From contig NC_042997.1 of NCBI RefSeq assembly GCF_006345805.1, forward strand, positions 77,562,001-77,626,000: a stretch of DNA of 64,000 bases. The letters run 5' to 3'. Under the pieces are notes generated by a model. It was not told the origin of the DNA. It saw nothing but the letters and a program-made list of their open reading frames with translations, and ran no database searches. Made by a program: the position numbers and the translations under genes. This DNA is from Octopus sinensis (Eukaryota). Below, piece by piece: positions 11,040-23,573 of the stretch (within the stretch, counting starts at the first letter, position 1; every line of letters starts with the position of its first letter).

Positions 11040-13421
11040 CAGTGGTCCTTGGGGCCCACTGGTGGTCCCCAGAGGATTTCTAGTGGTCCCCACAGAATTT
11101 GTAGCCATAAAAAAATTGAAGCTATTTCAGATCTTCACAATATTGTTCGATAATAAAGACACTTTTAGTTAATAAAAATTTATACGAAGATAGAATAATA
11201 ATAAGAAAACAAAATTCAATAATTATTCCATAGGAATCAATAATGTATAATATATAATCAATAATATATTACAATCAAGAATTACATGATTTAAATTTTA
11301 CAATCACAACAGTTTCATAATAAATTTGATATTTTTGATAGATCACTACATAATATTGTTTAATAATAAATTTGATACTTTTAATGTATAGAAATAATGT
11401 ATTTATTACTTTTATTCTTTTAAAGATCAGTTGTAATAATGTCTGAACCAACTGCTAAAAAGACAAAACTGAGGAACTACAAAGAAGATTTTATCATGTT
11501 TGGTTTTGTATCTGTAGACTCAAAACCTATGTGTCTTGAAAGGTAGGGAATATTTTGAGAATAAAAAGAAAATACAGCTAATGAAACTACCTGACTTTAT
11601 AAAGAAGATAAATACTGAAAAACCAAAGACACTCAAACCAAGTTATTTGGTCTCTGGAATTATTGCCAAGGTTGCAGCACCTCGGATTTATGGTGAGAAA
11701 CTTGTCAAGCCTGCTTATGATAGCTTGTGCAAATGAGATTCTGGGAAAAGATGTTGCATCTACTCTGAGTACAATTCCACTTTCAAATAACACAATTACA
11801 AGAAGGCAGAATGAAATGTCTAATTTTGTTGAAAAGAAGATTGTGGAAATTCTCCAAAAGAAAATTTTTTCTTTCCAGGTTGATGACAGCACAATTCATA
11901 ACCAAGCTAACCTTCTTGTCTATATCATATTCATCCATGAAGATGATATAAGAGAAGAAATGTTATTCATTAAAAGTTTGTCTGAAACTACTAATGGAGA
12001 AGACATATTCAATGAAGTAATGCACTATTTTAATGAAAAAAATATTCCATTGATTAATTTGATTAACATTGCATCAGATGGAGCTGCAGCCATGACTGGA
12101 AAAGTGAAAGGCTTTGTTTCTAGAATGAAATCAGTTGCTCCTCACATTTTTTATATACATTGCATTATCCACAAACAGCATTTGGTTGCTAAGAATATTG
12201 GAGGACACATGGAAGAAGCACTCAACGCTGCCATACATGCAATTAACTTTGTCAAATCAAACTCAATGAATAATAGATTTTTTTATACAATTCTGCGAAG
12301 ATGAAGATTTTAAAATCCTATTGCTTCACACAAAAGTAAGATGGTTGTCAAAAGACTGAGCCTTGAAAGATTAGTGAATTTGTGGGAATCATTAATCAAC
12401 TTTCTCATGTTCAAGAGCCAGATGACTCCAAGAAGCAAGCTGATACAACTAAGAAAATTTTGGAAAGACTTTCTGAATTTAAATCAAAAATATTCTACTT
12501 GAGTGATATTTTTAAAACAGTGAATCTGCTTAACTTAGAGCTGCAAGGTAGAAAACCAGATTTCTGGTTCTCAGAAGATAAAAGGGTATATGGGGAAATT
12601 AAAATTTTAGAAAAAACAATTTGAAAAAAAAAAATTGGCATCATTTCAAAATTTTAACACCACTCTTTCTGCATCAGAATGCATTGCCCATCTTGAAGGT
12701 CTTCATGTAGATTTTGAGAGAAGATACAATGATTTATTAAAGATGGATTATCCACTCCGGTTTGTAAACCTAGAAAATTATGAGCCAGGAGATGACAATT
12801 TTGAGTTGACTGAAATGTTGTTGGATTTGAAAGAGAATATGAAACTGAGAAGAGTTGAAAAAGATGGTGTCTTTGCCTACATATCGATAAAGGAATCACA
12901 CCCAAATATTTTTCGTGTCTTTGCCTACATATCGATAAAAGAATCACACCCAAATATTTTTCAACATGTTGAATCAAGTATCATTTCTTTCCCTACCACA
13001 TGGATGGTGGAATCTGTATTTTCAGCTGTTGTAGATATTTTCAGTAGAAAAAGAAGTAAATTAGATGTCAACATCAGAGGAACTATCAGACTAAGACTAA
13101 ATGAGTTCATTAAAATTGATTATGATATCTTGTGTCAGAAACACCAATATCAAGCTAGTCACCAGCTGAATGGACTAAAAATGAATGACTTTATGAAAAA
13201 TGATTTTGATATCTTGTGTTTATCTTTGTTTACTAAAATAAATTATAAATTTTATCTTTTGTTTGTTAAAATAAATGTTAAAGTGTAAATAGACTATTTT
13301 GTCTTTTCATTATGTATTTTAGCATGAAAATAGAACAGCATAAAGTAAAAGTAGAAGTGGTTCCTAGAACTTTTTTCAAGTAAGAAATGGTCCCTGGGCT
13401 GAAAAAGGTTGGGAACCCCTG
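11040..13421 (+). mobile_element. hAT DNA transposon, Charlie/Buster (SPIN-like) family, 2382 bp
   Basis: Ends cagtggtcc... and ...gggaacccctg; exact 8-bp TSD atctagct at 11032-11039 and 13422-13429, with the central CTAG typical of this family. Confidence 0.9.
11439..13162 (+). pseudogene. Buster/Charlie-type hAT transposase pseudogene
   Basis: LSNNTITRRQ, FSFQVDDST, SDGAAAMTG, HCIIHKQHL and FPTTWMVESVFS motifs spread over several frames. Confidence 0.9.
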
Positions 13422-13502
13422 ATCTAGCTGTCTGGATGTTTTGCGTTCTTGTCCCATTTTTTGTATTCCTTTATGTGTGTGTGTGTGTGTGTGTGTATGT
13501 GT

Positions 13503-13586
<84 letters not shown>

Positions 13587-14572
13587 ACATGAAGATGCAT
13601 GTATGTCATTCAATAATTTCTGTCCAACCGAATCTAGAAACTCATGCTGACACTGATTAAATGCATGGTGGTGATCTCTTCCTATAGCATTTTTCAGAAT
13701 TGTTTTGTAGTTACCTGGAGGATACCAGGGAGTTAAAAAAAAGAATGACTCCGTTTGTTATAATGTTGCTATAAATCACTCGTCACAACTACTAAAGTTT
13801 ATTCTCTCTCATGTTGGTTAATATATGCAGTAACATATGCACATTAGAGGCAATTCTTGTTGTTAGGAAAGATGCAAAACGAATGCGAGGTGATCAATAA
13901 TTTCCAACTTTTCCAAAAATTTAAGAATTTGAAACATATTTGTCTGACATAATGTAGTTTGATGAGAATGGGCTTATCTCAAGTAGAATTAAACACAACT
14001 CTCTTTTACTCTGTGGGGATGATGCATTCTATTTCTGAATGATATTTTAGCCTTCTCTCCATGTCTATACATCTTTACATAAATAACACACTATTTACTG
14101 ACCTACATTTTATAGGCTTCGAGTTTAATGTTACACAATTAGTTTTTTCAAGGTAAAAAGGTAGATGTATTATTGTATAGTGTGTGTGTGTAAACGTTAC
14201 TTGTAACTTTGTGTCGTATGTACAAAAAACATCTGTTACCTAAAATCTACAATCATAATTCAGTTTTAAAAGTTAACAGGCGTTGTGAAGTTATAAAACA
14301 ATCCTAATTGTCCAATGACATCTTTCAGAATATTTGCTGCAAACTGACATTTATATAGTCATATATTTTAATATTATTATGTAGTTCTAATTGAAATAAT
14401 AGATTTTAAAAGAATTTGAACAATGTGTATCAACAGTCACGAATCGAGCAATATTCCTTGCTCCAAGCAGTGTCAGATGAAAGGAATGAATTTTCATAGA
14501 AAGAACAAATCAATTAGAAAATATGGAAATATAAGAATATTAGAGTAAAATGTAGCTTTGAACGACACTAAC

Positions 14573-14632
14573 CTGCGGGCTGCTTTTCCTCGCAGACGGG
14601 CAAACACAGGAACTTCTATGCAATCACTGGAG
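14573..14632 (-). CDS. Candidate 60-nt exon (SSDCIEVPVFARLRGKAAR)
   Basis: Acceptor tttctaacag and donor gcag|gttagt; only one frame open. Link to the other candidate exons is unproven. Confidence 0.25.
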
Positions 14633-15075
14633 CTGTTAGAAATAACAGCCAAGCTTCATTCAAAGTGTTTTCTAAAATCACATTGAACAATGTATATAGT
14701 TCTGCATATTCTTAAAGGCGATTTGGTTGCAGTGAGAACATCTTTGATCAAAGATATGCTCAATCGGGCTGACCTTAATTTACTCAACAACAATTTGCTA
14801 AATCACATTACACGTATCTTTATGTTACAGAAACGATGCTTTCTGAAAATTTTACGCTAATGTGGAATTTTGTAACATGAACATTTTTTTTGCTGGCTTC
14901 TATGTTACATGTAAGTAAATGAATATGGAAGTTGATGAGAAAGGCGTTTCGCATTATGAAATTCCACATTACAAAAATATTTTGAAGAGCATAACTTCTG
15001 TAGTACAGAAGATGCTTGTACTGCGATACAATGATATCCTGCAAACGTAAAAATAGATATTCTGTGCCTCTTAGC

Positions 15076-17744
15076 CAGGGGCGTACCTAGCACAAGTGCC
15101 ACCCAGGGCAGATGTTTATTTGGCCACCCCTTAAAAGTTCTAATAATACTTCAAAACGCCAAAAATGGAATAATACAGGTATATATGTATGCAAAATAAG
15201 AAGACAAATTTTAGTAACCATTTATTTCCCTCAAATTTACTTTTATTATGTTAATACACAAAAAATAATGTGAAAAATATGCTAAAGAACAGAAAATGAG
15301 TGAATTACAAAAACAAACGATTTACAAATTGATGTTATGTGTCTTCCTCTTCGTGAAATCTTGACTGACTTCATCAAAATTAATTTTATCCGCAAGGTCG
15401 CGATCTATGGATAGTATTGCCAAATCAGTCAACCTTATTTGACTTATTGTTGACCTGAAGTGGTTCTTGATGAGCTTTAGTTTAGTAATTCTAATGACAC
15501 GAGTTAGAAAGACTCTTAAAAATATTACAATATTTGGCAATGATTCAATAAGATTATATTTCTGAATAAACTGAAGAACTTGCAAAGGCCCGTCCATGTC
15601 TTCAGCGTCAGCAGCCGCCAAATAATTTTGCAGTCTTGCCCTTTCAACCAGAAAGTTTTCTCTCCTAGTATTCTCATCAAAAGCATCTACATCACAATTA
15701 CACTCTTTATCTAACAAATTGGACGGTGTAAGAAAGGTGTATTTCTTTGCAATATCGTGAAGTCTTTCAAATCTAGAGGTCATTTCTTCAACCAGTCTGT
15801 CTACCACTGATAACATTTCTCTTCTTAGCTCAGCGTTGTAGCTGATCGCGGCATCGATACTTTCTTCGTAGCCCAAGTTTTTTTTTTTTTTGTAAATTCG
15901 ACGCTCTATGCTGATTTCCATATCAGAGCAAATTTCGGGTGAATAGGCCAATGCGTCATCTATTGTTTTGTCTCTGCTTACAAGTAGAGAAGTTTTCAAG
16001 GCTGATAGTTTAATGGTACATTGTTATACCACCAGACCTTTCGCTTGGAGGTACTTTTGAGTGTCATTAATTTCAGGAAGGCCACGAAATGACAAGAAAG
16101 GAAATGACAGCATCGCCTGAAGAATTAAACCTGTATTAGGTCTCGTAGTTGCATTTTCTGCATCTTCCATCAATCGTTTTAGCGCAGCGATGATTTCCGT
16201 GAATTTCGTATTTACAATTTTTCACTGCATCTGCTCAACTAGTCCATCTCATTTCCCCAACCCGTTTGATAGTTGCACCAGTTATTTCAATCAAGATATC
16301 CCATCGATAGGCTGAGGCTGAGAAGAATGAAAATAAACGGTCCAATATGTCAAAAAATGTAAATGAATCTGCACCCACTGAAGCTGCTAAATTCAGAGAG
16401 TGATTGGTGCATGGCACAAATACAACCTTTGGATTAACGTCTGTGATGTGCGCTTGAACACCGGATCGATGACCTGTCATTACTGCCGCGTTATCAAATG
16501 ATTTTCCACGATAGTTTTGAATGTTAATGTCGTCCAGTTCTAATTGCTTCAGAATCATTAATGTAATTTTCTCAGCGCTCAGCATTTATCATCTCAATAA
16601 AACGAAGAAAGGATTCTTCTACTTTTACTTCCTTTTCATCTATTTTGACATAGCATAGCAACTGAGAAATTTGGTCAATATGAGAAATATCTGGAGTACT
16701 ATAAAAAATAACGCAATAGTATTTACTCTGTTTCACTTCATCGATAACTTTCTTTCTCACTTGATCTCCCAGGACGTTCACAAATTAATTCTGAATTTTT
16801 GGAGGGAGATAGGAAGTTGTAAACTTATCAATTTTTACTTTCACCAAATGTTCACATAGCACTGGGTCGAATTGTCCAATCAGTTGAACAAGCTCCAGAA
16901 AATTTCCTTTATTTTCATTTGCCTTCTCAACTCGAATGTCTTCTCTATGGTCTTGTAAAGCTAGGCTTTGTTTAGCAAGAAACATAATTATGTCCAAGAA
17001 TCTAGTCAGGGTTTGCTTCCATTTCTTTCTTTCATTCTCAACAAGAGTTTATTGTTCTTTGTCTATTACCTTGCATTTGGAAAGGCGAATTTCTAGCTCT
17101 TTCCACTGAGTGAACGCATTTTCATGCATAGAGCTAGATTCATATTCTTTTATCTTAGGATTCAACTTCCATCAAGATTTGAAACCATCAACTGAGCAAA
17201 ACTTTGAGTTTCCACTTGAAAATAGCTTATAAAAAAAAAACATGGCTTCTTTCGATGGAGAGTATACCACCCAAGTTCGCAAGATTTTTTCCCCGTTTTG
17301 TAAAGTTTGAAAAAAGACAGTTACTTGACAGTCTTCTAGTCTCCCCTTTCAGTTTTGTTATTTGTCCTGGATGTACAACTTCTTTGAATTCACAGTCAAT
17401 ATTTTGCAAAGCCTTCGATCCATGTTGTACAAGGATTTCCTGAATACCATCACCGTGATTAGAATTAGCAGGCCACATCCCAATGTCTTTCAAGTTAATA
17501 TTAGAGTTTTGTTCTTCAGTAGTTTGTGGTGGATCAACATCATCAACATCATCTATCTTCTTTTCAAGTTGCACATCATTAACATCATCTCCATGACCTT
17601 CTACAATAATACCAGTTTCGTCTGGACGGTCGGGTCTGATGAGAAATTTAATTATGGCACCTCCATTTCACCTTTCTTCTTTCGTTTTTTTTTTTCTTTT
17701 TTTTTTTTTTTAAATGCTGCACTGCTGTCCTTGATTCGCTTCAT
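15076..17744 (-). mobile_element. hAT transposon remnant with a ZMYM1-like (DUF4371 + hATC) transposase pseudogene
   Basis: NKGNFLELV, PPKIQN, FDNAAVMTGHRSGVQ, VPCTNHSLNL and LKLIKNHFRSTISQIRLTDLAILSI motifs. TIR-like end caggggcgtacctag at 15076; the other TIR was not found. Confidence 0.85.
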
Positions 17745-18176
17745 CTCAAATTATGTCAGTGCTATCGTAAATTTATATGAATAAAACCAATAGTGTATAG
17801 ACCAACCTAAAAAATAATCAACTTTCCAAATATCATCGACACACTACTGTCTTATCCAGTAACACATTATATTACTGTATTAACAATACTATACTGTATA
17901 TCACTCAATATTAACACACAATACAAATTTACTGATGATAAATTTAAATTTTAAGGAAATTTTAACAATTACTATACATTATCAAAGTCTATAATATTTA
18001 TACTGCATTTTTATTAATGATATATTAATACAAATAAATTGCGCCGTCTTTATAAACAGTTGCTTCATTTATCGTAGTATCTCAAACTTTATAAACTTCC
18101 TACTTTTTAAAGCATCTCCTCTTGTCATAGAGACTTTACTTTCTCGATCTTATAACAATTTATGTAAAGCACTATA

Positions 18177-18457
18177 TGTGGGATGGCGTCAATAGCTGGG
18201 TGAGCTGACCGGAAGTTGGGGCTGACCGGAAGGGGGCAGCTGGGACACGCGCGCAGCGAGTGGGGATTTCGGCCTTTTCGAACGAGGGTCGTCGGCGTGT
18301 TAAGACGGGTGAACGTGTTGCTAAGGTTGGGTGAAGCAGCTGCTATCTTTAGCGTTCGGGTCGGGCTGTGTCGAAGGATCCGTTACCACTGAAGGGTCTC
18401 CATCAGAGCGAAGAGAGGGTAGGTGCCTTTATATTCGAATCTCTCGCACACACCACA
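18177..18457 (+). repeat. 5' LTR (281 bp)
   Basis: Direct repeat of 22068-22346, differing by about 11 substitutions and one 2-bp indel (manual count). Confidence 0.95.
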
Positions 18458-18492
18458 AGCTACTTCGGCACTCCACATAAGTCATCATCACG

Positions 18493-19257
18493 ATGTCTGC
18501 GAAAATCAGGATCGCCAGCGACGTCATCAGACCTTTCAATGGTGAAGGCGATGTAGTGGCCTGGATTCGTAAAATCAGGCTGGTGGCAAGACTGCAAGGT
18601 ATAAGCGATGTGGCAAGTCTTATGGCGCTGTATTTAGAAGGGAGCGCGTTAACGCTATACCTTGAGATGGAGGAGGAGGAACGCTTGAGCGAGGAAAAGA
18701 TAGAGCAACGTTTGCGGGATGCCTACACAGAATGTGAATACACAGCTTTTGCTAAGCTAGGTACGATCAGATGGACAGGAGGACAGGTGGACGAGTACGC
18801 GGCAGAAGTTAGAAGGTTAGCGACGCTGACTGGGTTTACGGGAGAAGGGCTGGAGAGAGCAGCGCGGCTGGCGTTTGTAAATGGGTTCCCCGACGATCTA
18901 GGGATTCACCTACAACGATTGCCCGGGATTAAAAAGAAGGCACTGAGCGAACTTGTGACTCAAGCCCGCGTGTTGACGCGACACTCTGGGCGGAAGGCGA
19001 TAGCAATGGCGGCGACGGAGGTGCATAAAGACGGACGACAACCGGAGAAAGACGTACAGAAGCCCACCATGCAACGACAGCAGCCGTTCTCAGGTCGGTA
19101 TTTTAGATGTCAGGTGTCGCACATGGCGCGGGACTGTACGCAACCGGGGCCCGTTTGCTATCGATGCAGGCAGACAGACAACATCGCCCGTGATTGCGAC
19201 CAGGGAAACGACCGTGGGGAAGTTGCTGCCTCTCGAACTTTCCCCGCAAACGAGTAG
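18493..19257 (+). CDS. Gag (254 aa) with two degenerate zinc knuckles
   Basis: Open ORF; RPFNGEGDVVAWIRK N-terminus; YFRCQVSHMARDC and CYRCRQTDNIARDC knuckles. Confidence 0.85.
   Translation: MSAKIRIASDVIRPFNGEGDVVAWIRKIRLVARLQGISDVASLMALYLEGSALTLYLEMEEEERLSEEKIEQRLRDAYTECEYTAFAKLGTIRWTGGQVDEYAAEVRRLATLTGFTGEGLERAARLAFVNGFPDDLGIHLQRLPGIKKKALSELVTQARVLTRHSGRKAIAMAATEVHKDGRQPEKDVQKPTMQRQQPFSGRYFRCQVSHMARDCTQPGPVCYRCRQTDNIARDCDQGNDRGEVAASRTFPANE
19203..19247 (+). promoter_or_regulatory. -1 ribosomal frameshift signal: G GGA AAC plus downstream stem-loop
   Basis: Heptamer 19203-19209 is in gag phase; stem gtggggaagtt / aactttccccgc at 19214-19247; the -1 frame leads into the protease. Confidence 0.75.
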
Positions 19258-21900
19258 AGGCGCTATTGGAGACGCTGCCATTAATTGACGTGGAGGCCGA
19301 GGGGAAGACGTTCAAAGCCCTCGTGGATACGGGCTGCACGACCACCCTTGTGACTTCAAGGGTGACGAAGGAATGGAACGGGGCAAGTAGCGTAGGGGCG
19401 GTCGACGGCAGCGAAATCCGTTGCAGAGGCAGCAGCAAGGTAGAGATAGTGGTGCGCGGCGCGACGCTAAGGCTGCAGGTAATTGTGGCTGAACGCGTGA
19501 TAGATGGGGTTGATGTGGTGATGGGGATGGACGCCATCAACTGCCTCGGTGGCGTCAGTGTTGTGGGAAATGAGGTCACGTTCGGAAGCGTGGGGGCGTC
19601 GTGCACTGCGAGTCAGGATCGCCAGAGAGAGCAGAGCCCCGCAAGGGACTGCGCCGCTTACACCATCGAGGACAAAGACTTTCAGGCGGCGTTCGATGGT
19701 CAGCAGTGGACGATAGAGTGGCGATAGAAGGACGAGGCCCCGACGCTGGAAAACAGGTGAGCTGTTACCAGCATACCCTGAAAGGCCACGCCAGGGTTGA
19801 GTTTGAAGACGAGGTGGAGAGGTGGATCGAGGAAGGGGTCCTTGTCTCTTGGAAGGAGGAGGTAGCGGGCGGAGTGCTACCCCTGATGGCGGTGGGTGGT
19901 GCAGCCTACGGAGGGAAAAGTCAGACCTGTGCTGGACTTCAGGGAGCTAAACCAGCATATATCGTGTCACACGGGAGGTGAGGCGACAGACGTTTGTGGC
20001 GAGACGTTACGTGCGTGGAGACAGTCGACCGAGGCAGCGATGATTGTCGACTTGAAATAGGCATACTTGCAGCTCCATGTGAGCGACAAACTGTGGCGAT
20101 ATCAGCTGGTGCGGTACAAAGGCCGGACGTACTGTTTAACCAGGCTGGGTTTCGGGCTGAATTCCGCTCCGAAGATCGTGGCGGCAGTGCCTTAAGTCCG
20201 TCCTAGGGAAAGACGGTAAGATTAGAAAGGCCACCAGCTCCTACATTGACGACATTTTGGTGGACGAAACTGTAGTACCAGCCAACGAGGTGGTTAGACA
20301 TCTGGAGAAGTTCGGACTGATTGCGAAGCCATCGGAGTCGATGGAAGGGGGAGCCGCGCTGGGGCTGAAGCTGCGAAGAGATAGATCGGGTGAATTGGTG
20401 TTCCGGAGAGGGAATGAAATCCCAGAGCTGAGTTCCAGCGTCAGCAGGAGAGAGCTGTTCTCGGTGTGTGGGAAGCTGGTCGGTCACTACCCGATCGCTG
20501 GATGGCTGTGCACGGCGTGTAGTTACATCGAGAGACGAACAGAGGGGGAGAGTTGGGGCGACAAGGTGGGAGAAGGGACGGTGGCGATGATGCAGGAAAT
20601 CCTAGAGAGAACGAGAGCGGAAAACCCGGTCAGGGGGAACTGGTACATGCCCAAGACGGAATGCGGGACCGTCTGGTGTGATGCTAGCAGTATATCGATA
20701 GGGGTTGTGTTGGCAATCGAAAGTGCTGCGGTGGAGGACGCGGCCTGGTTTCGGAAAGCAGACGTTTTCAACCACATCAATGTCGCCGAATTAGACGCGG
20801 TGCTGAAAGGGGTGAACTTGGTCCTGAAATGGGGGCTGCGCACAATTGAAATTCGGACGGATTCGGCCACTGTGCTTGGCTGGGTAGGATCGGTGATCAC
20901 CGGTGAAGGGAGAGTGCGGACGAAAGGTGCCGCGGAGATGTTAGTGAAGCGCCGTCTAGGAGTCCTAGGTAAATTGATCGCCGAGTTCGGACTGAAGCTG
21001 AATGTGGTTTTCGTGCCTTCGGAAGAAAATAGGGCGGACGCACTGACCAGGGTGAAAAGAGCGTGGTTGGAAGAACCAGAGGAGGCCCAGAAAGGGATAG
21101 CTGCGGCGTGTCGGTTGGATGACTCTGAACTGAAGAGACTGCATGCTATGCATCACCTGGGTGTGGACAGGACCCTGTATCTGGCGAAGAAAATTGATGC
21201 TGACGTCACTAGGAGAAGCATCCGGAAGGTGGTCGGGAGCTGCGACAGGTGTCAGTCCATCTACCCTGCTCCGTGTGGGCATGAACAGGGAAGCCTTTCG
21301 GTGGAGCAGAACTGGAAAAGGCTAGCTGTGGATGTGACACACTACCGTCAGGGAATGTACCTCTCCATGGTCGACTGCGGGCCAGGCCGGCTGGCCATTT
21401 GGAGGGAGTAGAGAACGGGCATTGCTGATGAGATCGCGCAGATCCTGAACGGGATATTTTTAGAGAGAGGTCCCGTGGAAGAACTACTGATGAACAACGG
21501 AAGGCGTTTCGTTCGGAAGCATTGAGGGTTATGCTTGATCGGTGGAAGGTGCGTCGCTTGTTCAGAGCAGCGTATAGGCCGAGCGGTAACGGGATCGTGG
21601 AGAGGCACCATTGGACAGTCAAGGCCATAGCGGAAAGAGGGCACATTTCGCCGCTTGAAGCAGTTTTTTGGTACAACTTGTCTCCCCGATTCGGACAAGC
21701 TGAGGAATCTGTGCCGCAGAGAGCTGTGTTCAAATATGAATGGAGGCACCCGAGCAAAGCGCCACGGGGAAGAGAAGGGACCCGTTTGCGTGAAAATAGG
21801 GGAGGAAGTCTGAGCTAAGCCAACAAAGGCGCGTTGTGCGTCTCAATGGAGCAGAGAAACGGTGACGGCGGTCAATTCCAGAAACAACGTCTCCGTGGAT
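19203..21900 (+). pseudogene. Pol (aspartic protease, RT, RNase H, integrase) broken by stops and frameshifts
   Basis: ALVDTG, RPVLDFRELN, GFGLNSAP, YIDD, VWCDAS, HINVAELDA, RTDS, HHCC zinc finger, LAVD and GNGIVER motifs. Confidence 0.92.
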
Positions 21901-22067
21901 GGAATGCCGCGACACGCAGGATTGTCGCTTCGACGGACGACGACTCTGGAGAGGGGAGAACGAGGTGCCTAGCTTGAGAAGATCTCAACGCGCAAGGCGC
22001 CCTCCCGGTTGGATGGTGGGCTACGACATGGAGCAGAGAGATTGGGATCTTTAAGATCAGGGTGGCG

Positions 22068-22346
22068 TGTGGGATGACGTCAGCAGCTGGGTGAGCTGAC
22101 CGGAAGTTGGGGCTGACCTGAAGGGGGCAGCCGGGATGCGCGCGCAGCGAGCGGGGATTTCGGCCTTTTCGAACGAGGGTCGTCGGCGTGTTAAGACGGG
22201 TGAACGTGTTGCTAAGGTTGGGTGAAGCAGCTGCTATCTTTAGCGTTCGGGTCGGACTGTGACGAAGGATCCGTTACCACTGAAGGGTCTCCATCAGAGC
22301 GAAGAGAAGGTAGGTGCCTTTATATTCGAATCTCGCACACACCACA
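22068..22346 (+). repeat. 3' LTR (279 bp)
   Basis: Direct repeat of the 5' LTR, followed by TSD ctata. Confidence 0.95.
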
Positions 22347-23079
22347 CTATAAACACTGCTAGCGCTGTAGAGTGAAAGTGATCTCCCGCGAACTGCGGCT
22401 GTTGCCCTGGTTCGGATGCTTGTCAAGCCATTTCATTTCACTTTACTTCTCGTACTTGCTATAGTCTGCAGGGAAATAAGTACTCCAAGGTTGACATGCA
22501 TTTAACATCCTACATGAAGACCAAGCTTTTGGTAGCGATCTACCGGCCTACTTACAGTGTTTAAGTATAAAACAACCTAAGGGCTACCGTGTTCATTTCG
22601 GTGTTAGAGCGGAGACTTGTGTATTTATGTGTGCGCGCGCGTGTAATCATGTGTGTTTATAAATCTCGATGTATACGTGAGAGAATGGAAAAAGACAAAC
22701 ATGTCTTCCAAATAATTCTTAACTAAGTTTCAATAAACAATGATTTCCGTTATGTCATGAAAATGTATAGAAACAGTTATGAATTGAGATGTTCATGCAT
22801 TTCCCAAGAAATGAAGTGCAACTAGATGTTAAGTAGTCCGAGTCCGCATATCTTATGATGGAAGAATACTTCAGTATCAACTTAATTTAATAAATACGGC
22901 AGAATAATAATAAAACATGCATCACGCTTCTTGATCAAGAATGAAAACGTAAAAACTAAAATCTGTTATAATCAGAACATTCCATAAAGGACAGCAATAG
23001 TTTTCTTGTGAGTGAAGTCATGAATGATGTAAGTTCTATGGCTACACCTCCAGTCTTCTTAGTGTCACTTATTTACGTA

Positions 23080-23520
23080 CCGTGTTTCCCCGAAAATAAG
23101 ACCTACTCAGAAAATAAGCCCCACCATGATTTTTCTGGATGTTTTTAATATACCCCGAAAATAAAACCTAGTCAAAAATAAACCAACTACAGCAGCTTGG
23201 CACGCATGCACGGAGTTGACTTCCTTGTCTCCCAGGCAATGAATCGAACATAGAATGGAGAGAAATCAGCATAGAAACTTTGTCAAACCCAACCTTTAAG
23301 AAGTCATGAATTGGGTTAAGAATTCATGGAATAGAATTACCGATAGGTGTGTTGCCAGTGCACTACGGGCAGGGTACTTGGAAACATAAATTTTCATTTA
23401 AGGAAAGTTATATTGCCAAAAATGAAAGATTGGGGTCCATGATTCTACAGGAAATGGATTTGCAAGAAATTCAGTCTGAAGTTCCGATTTTGATGATTTA
23501 TGACGATGTTCCAAAAGAGT
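23080..23520 (+). mobile_element. pogo/Tc2-like DNA transposon remnant
   Basis: TA|ccgtgtttccccgaaaataagac terminus; residual coding VKPNL*EVMNWVKNSWNRIT resembles the pogo C-terminus. No 3' TIR seen. Confidence 0.6.
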
Positions 23521-23573
23521 ACTTGACTAAAAACAATAAGCAAATAAATAAACTTCTGATAGCTAAAAACATG

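Larger units (their letters stand above)
18177..22346 (+). mobile_element. Full-length LTR retrotransposon with PR-RT-RH-IN order (Ty3/Gypsy-like), 4170 bp, no env
   Basis: TG...CA LTRs at 18177-18457 and 22068-22346; 5-bp TSD ctata; purine-rich tract before the 3' LTR. Confidence 0.95.

Noticed and set aside
22352-22420. Possible missing 5' TIR of the ZMYM1-like hAT, which would make the LTR element nested within it
   Set aside because: Only partial motifs (tgctagcgctg, gttgccctgg) and no matching 8-bp TSD.
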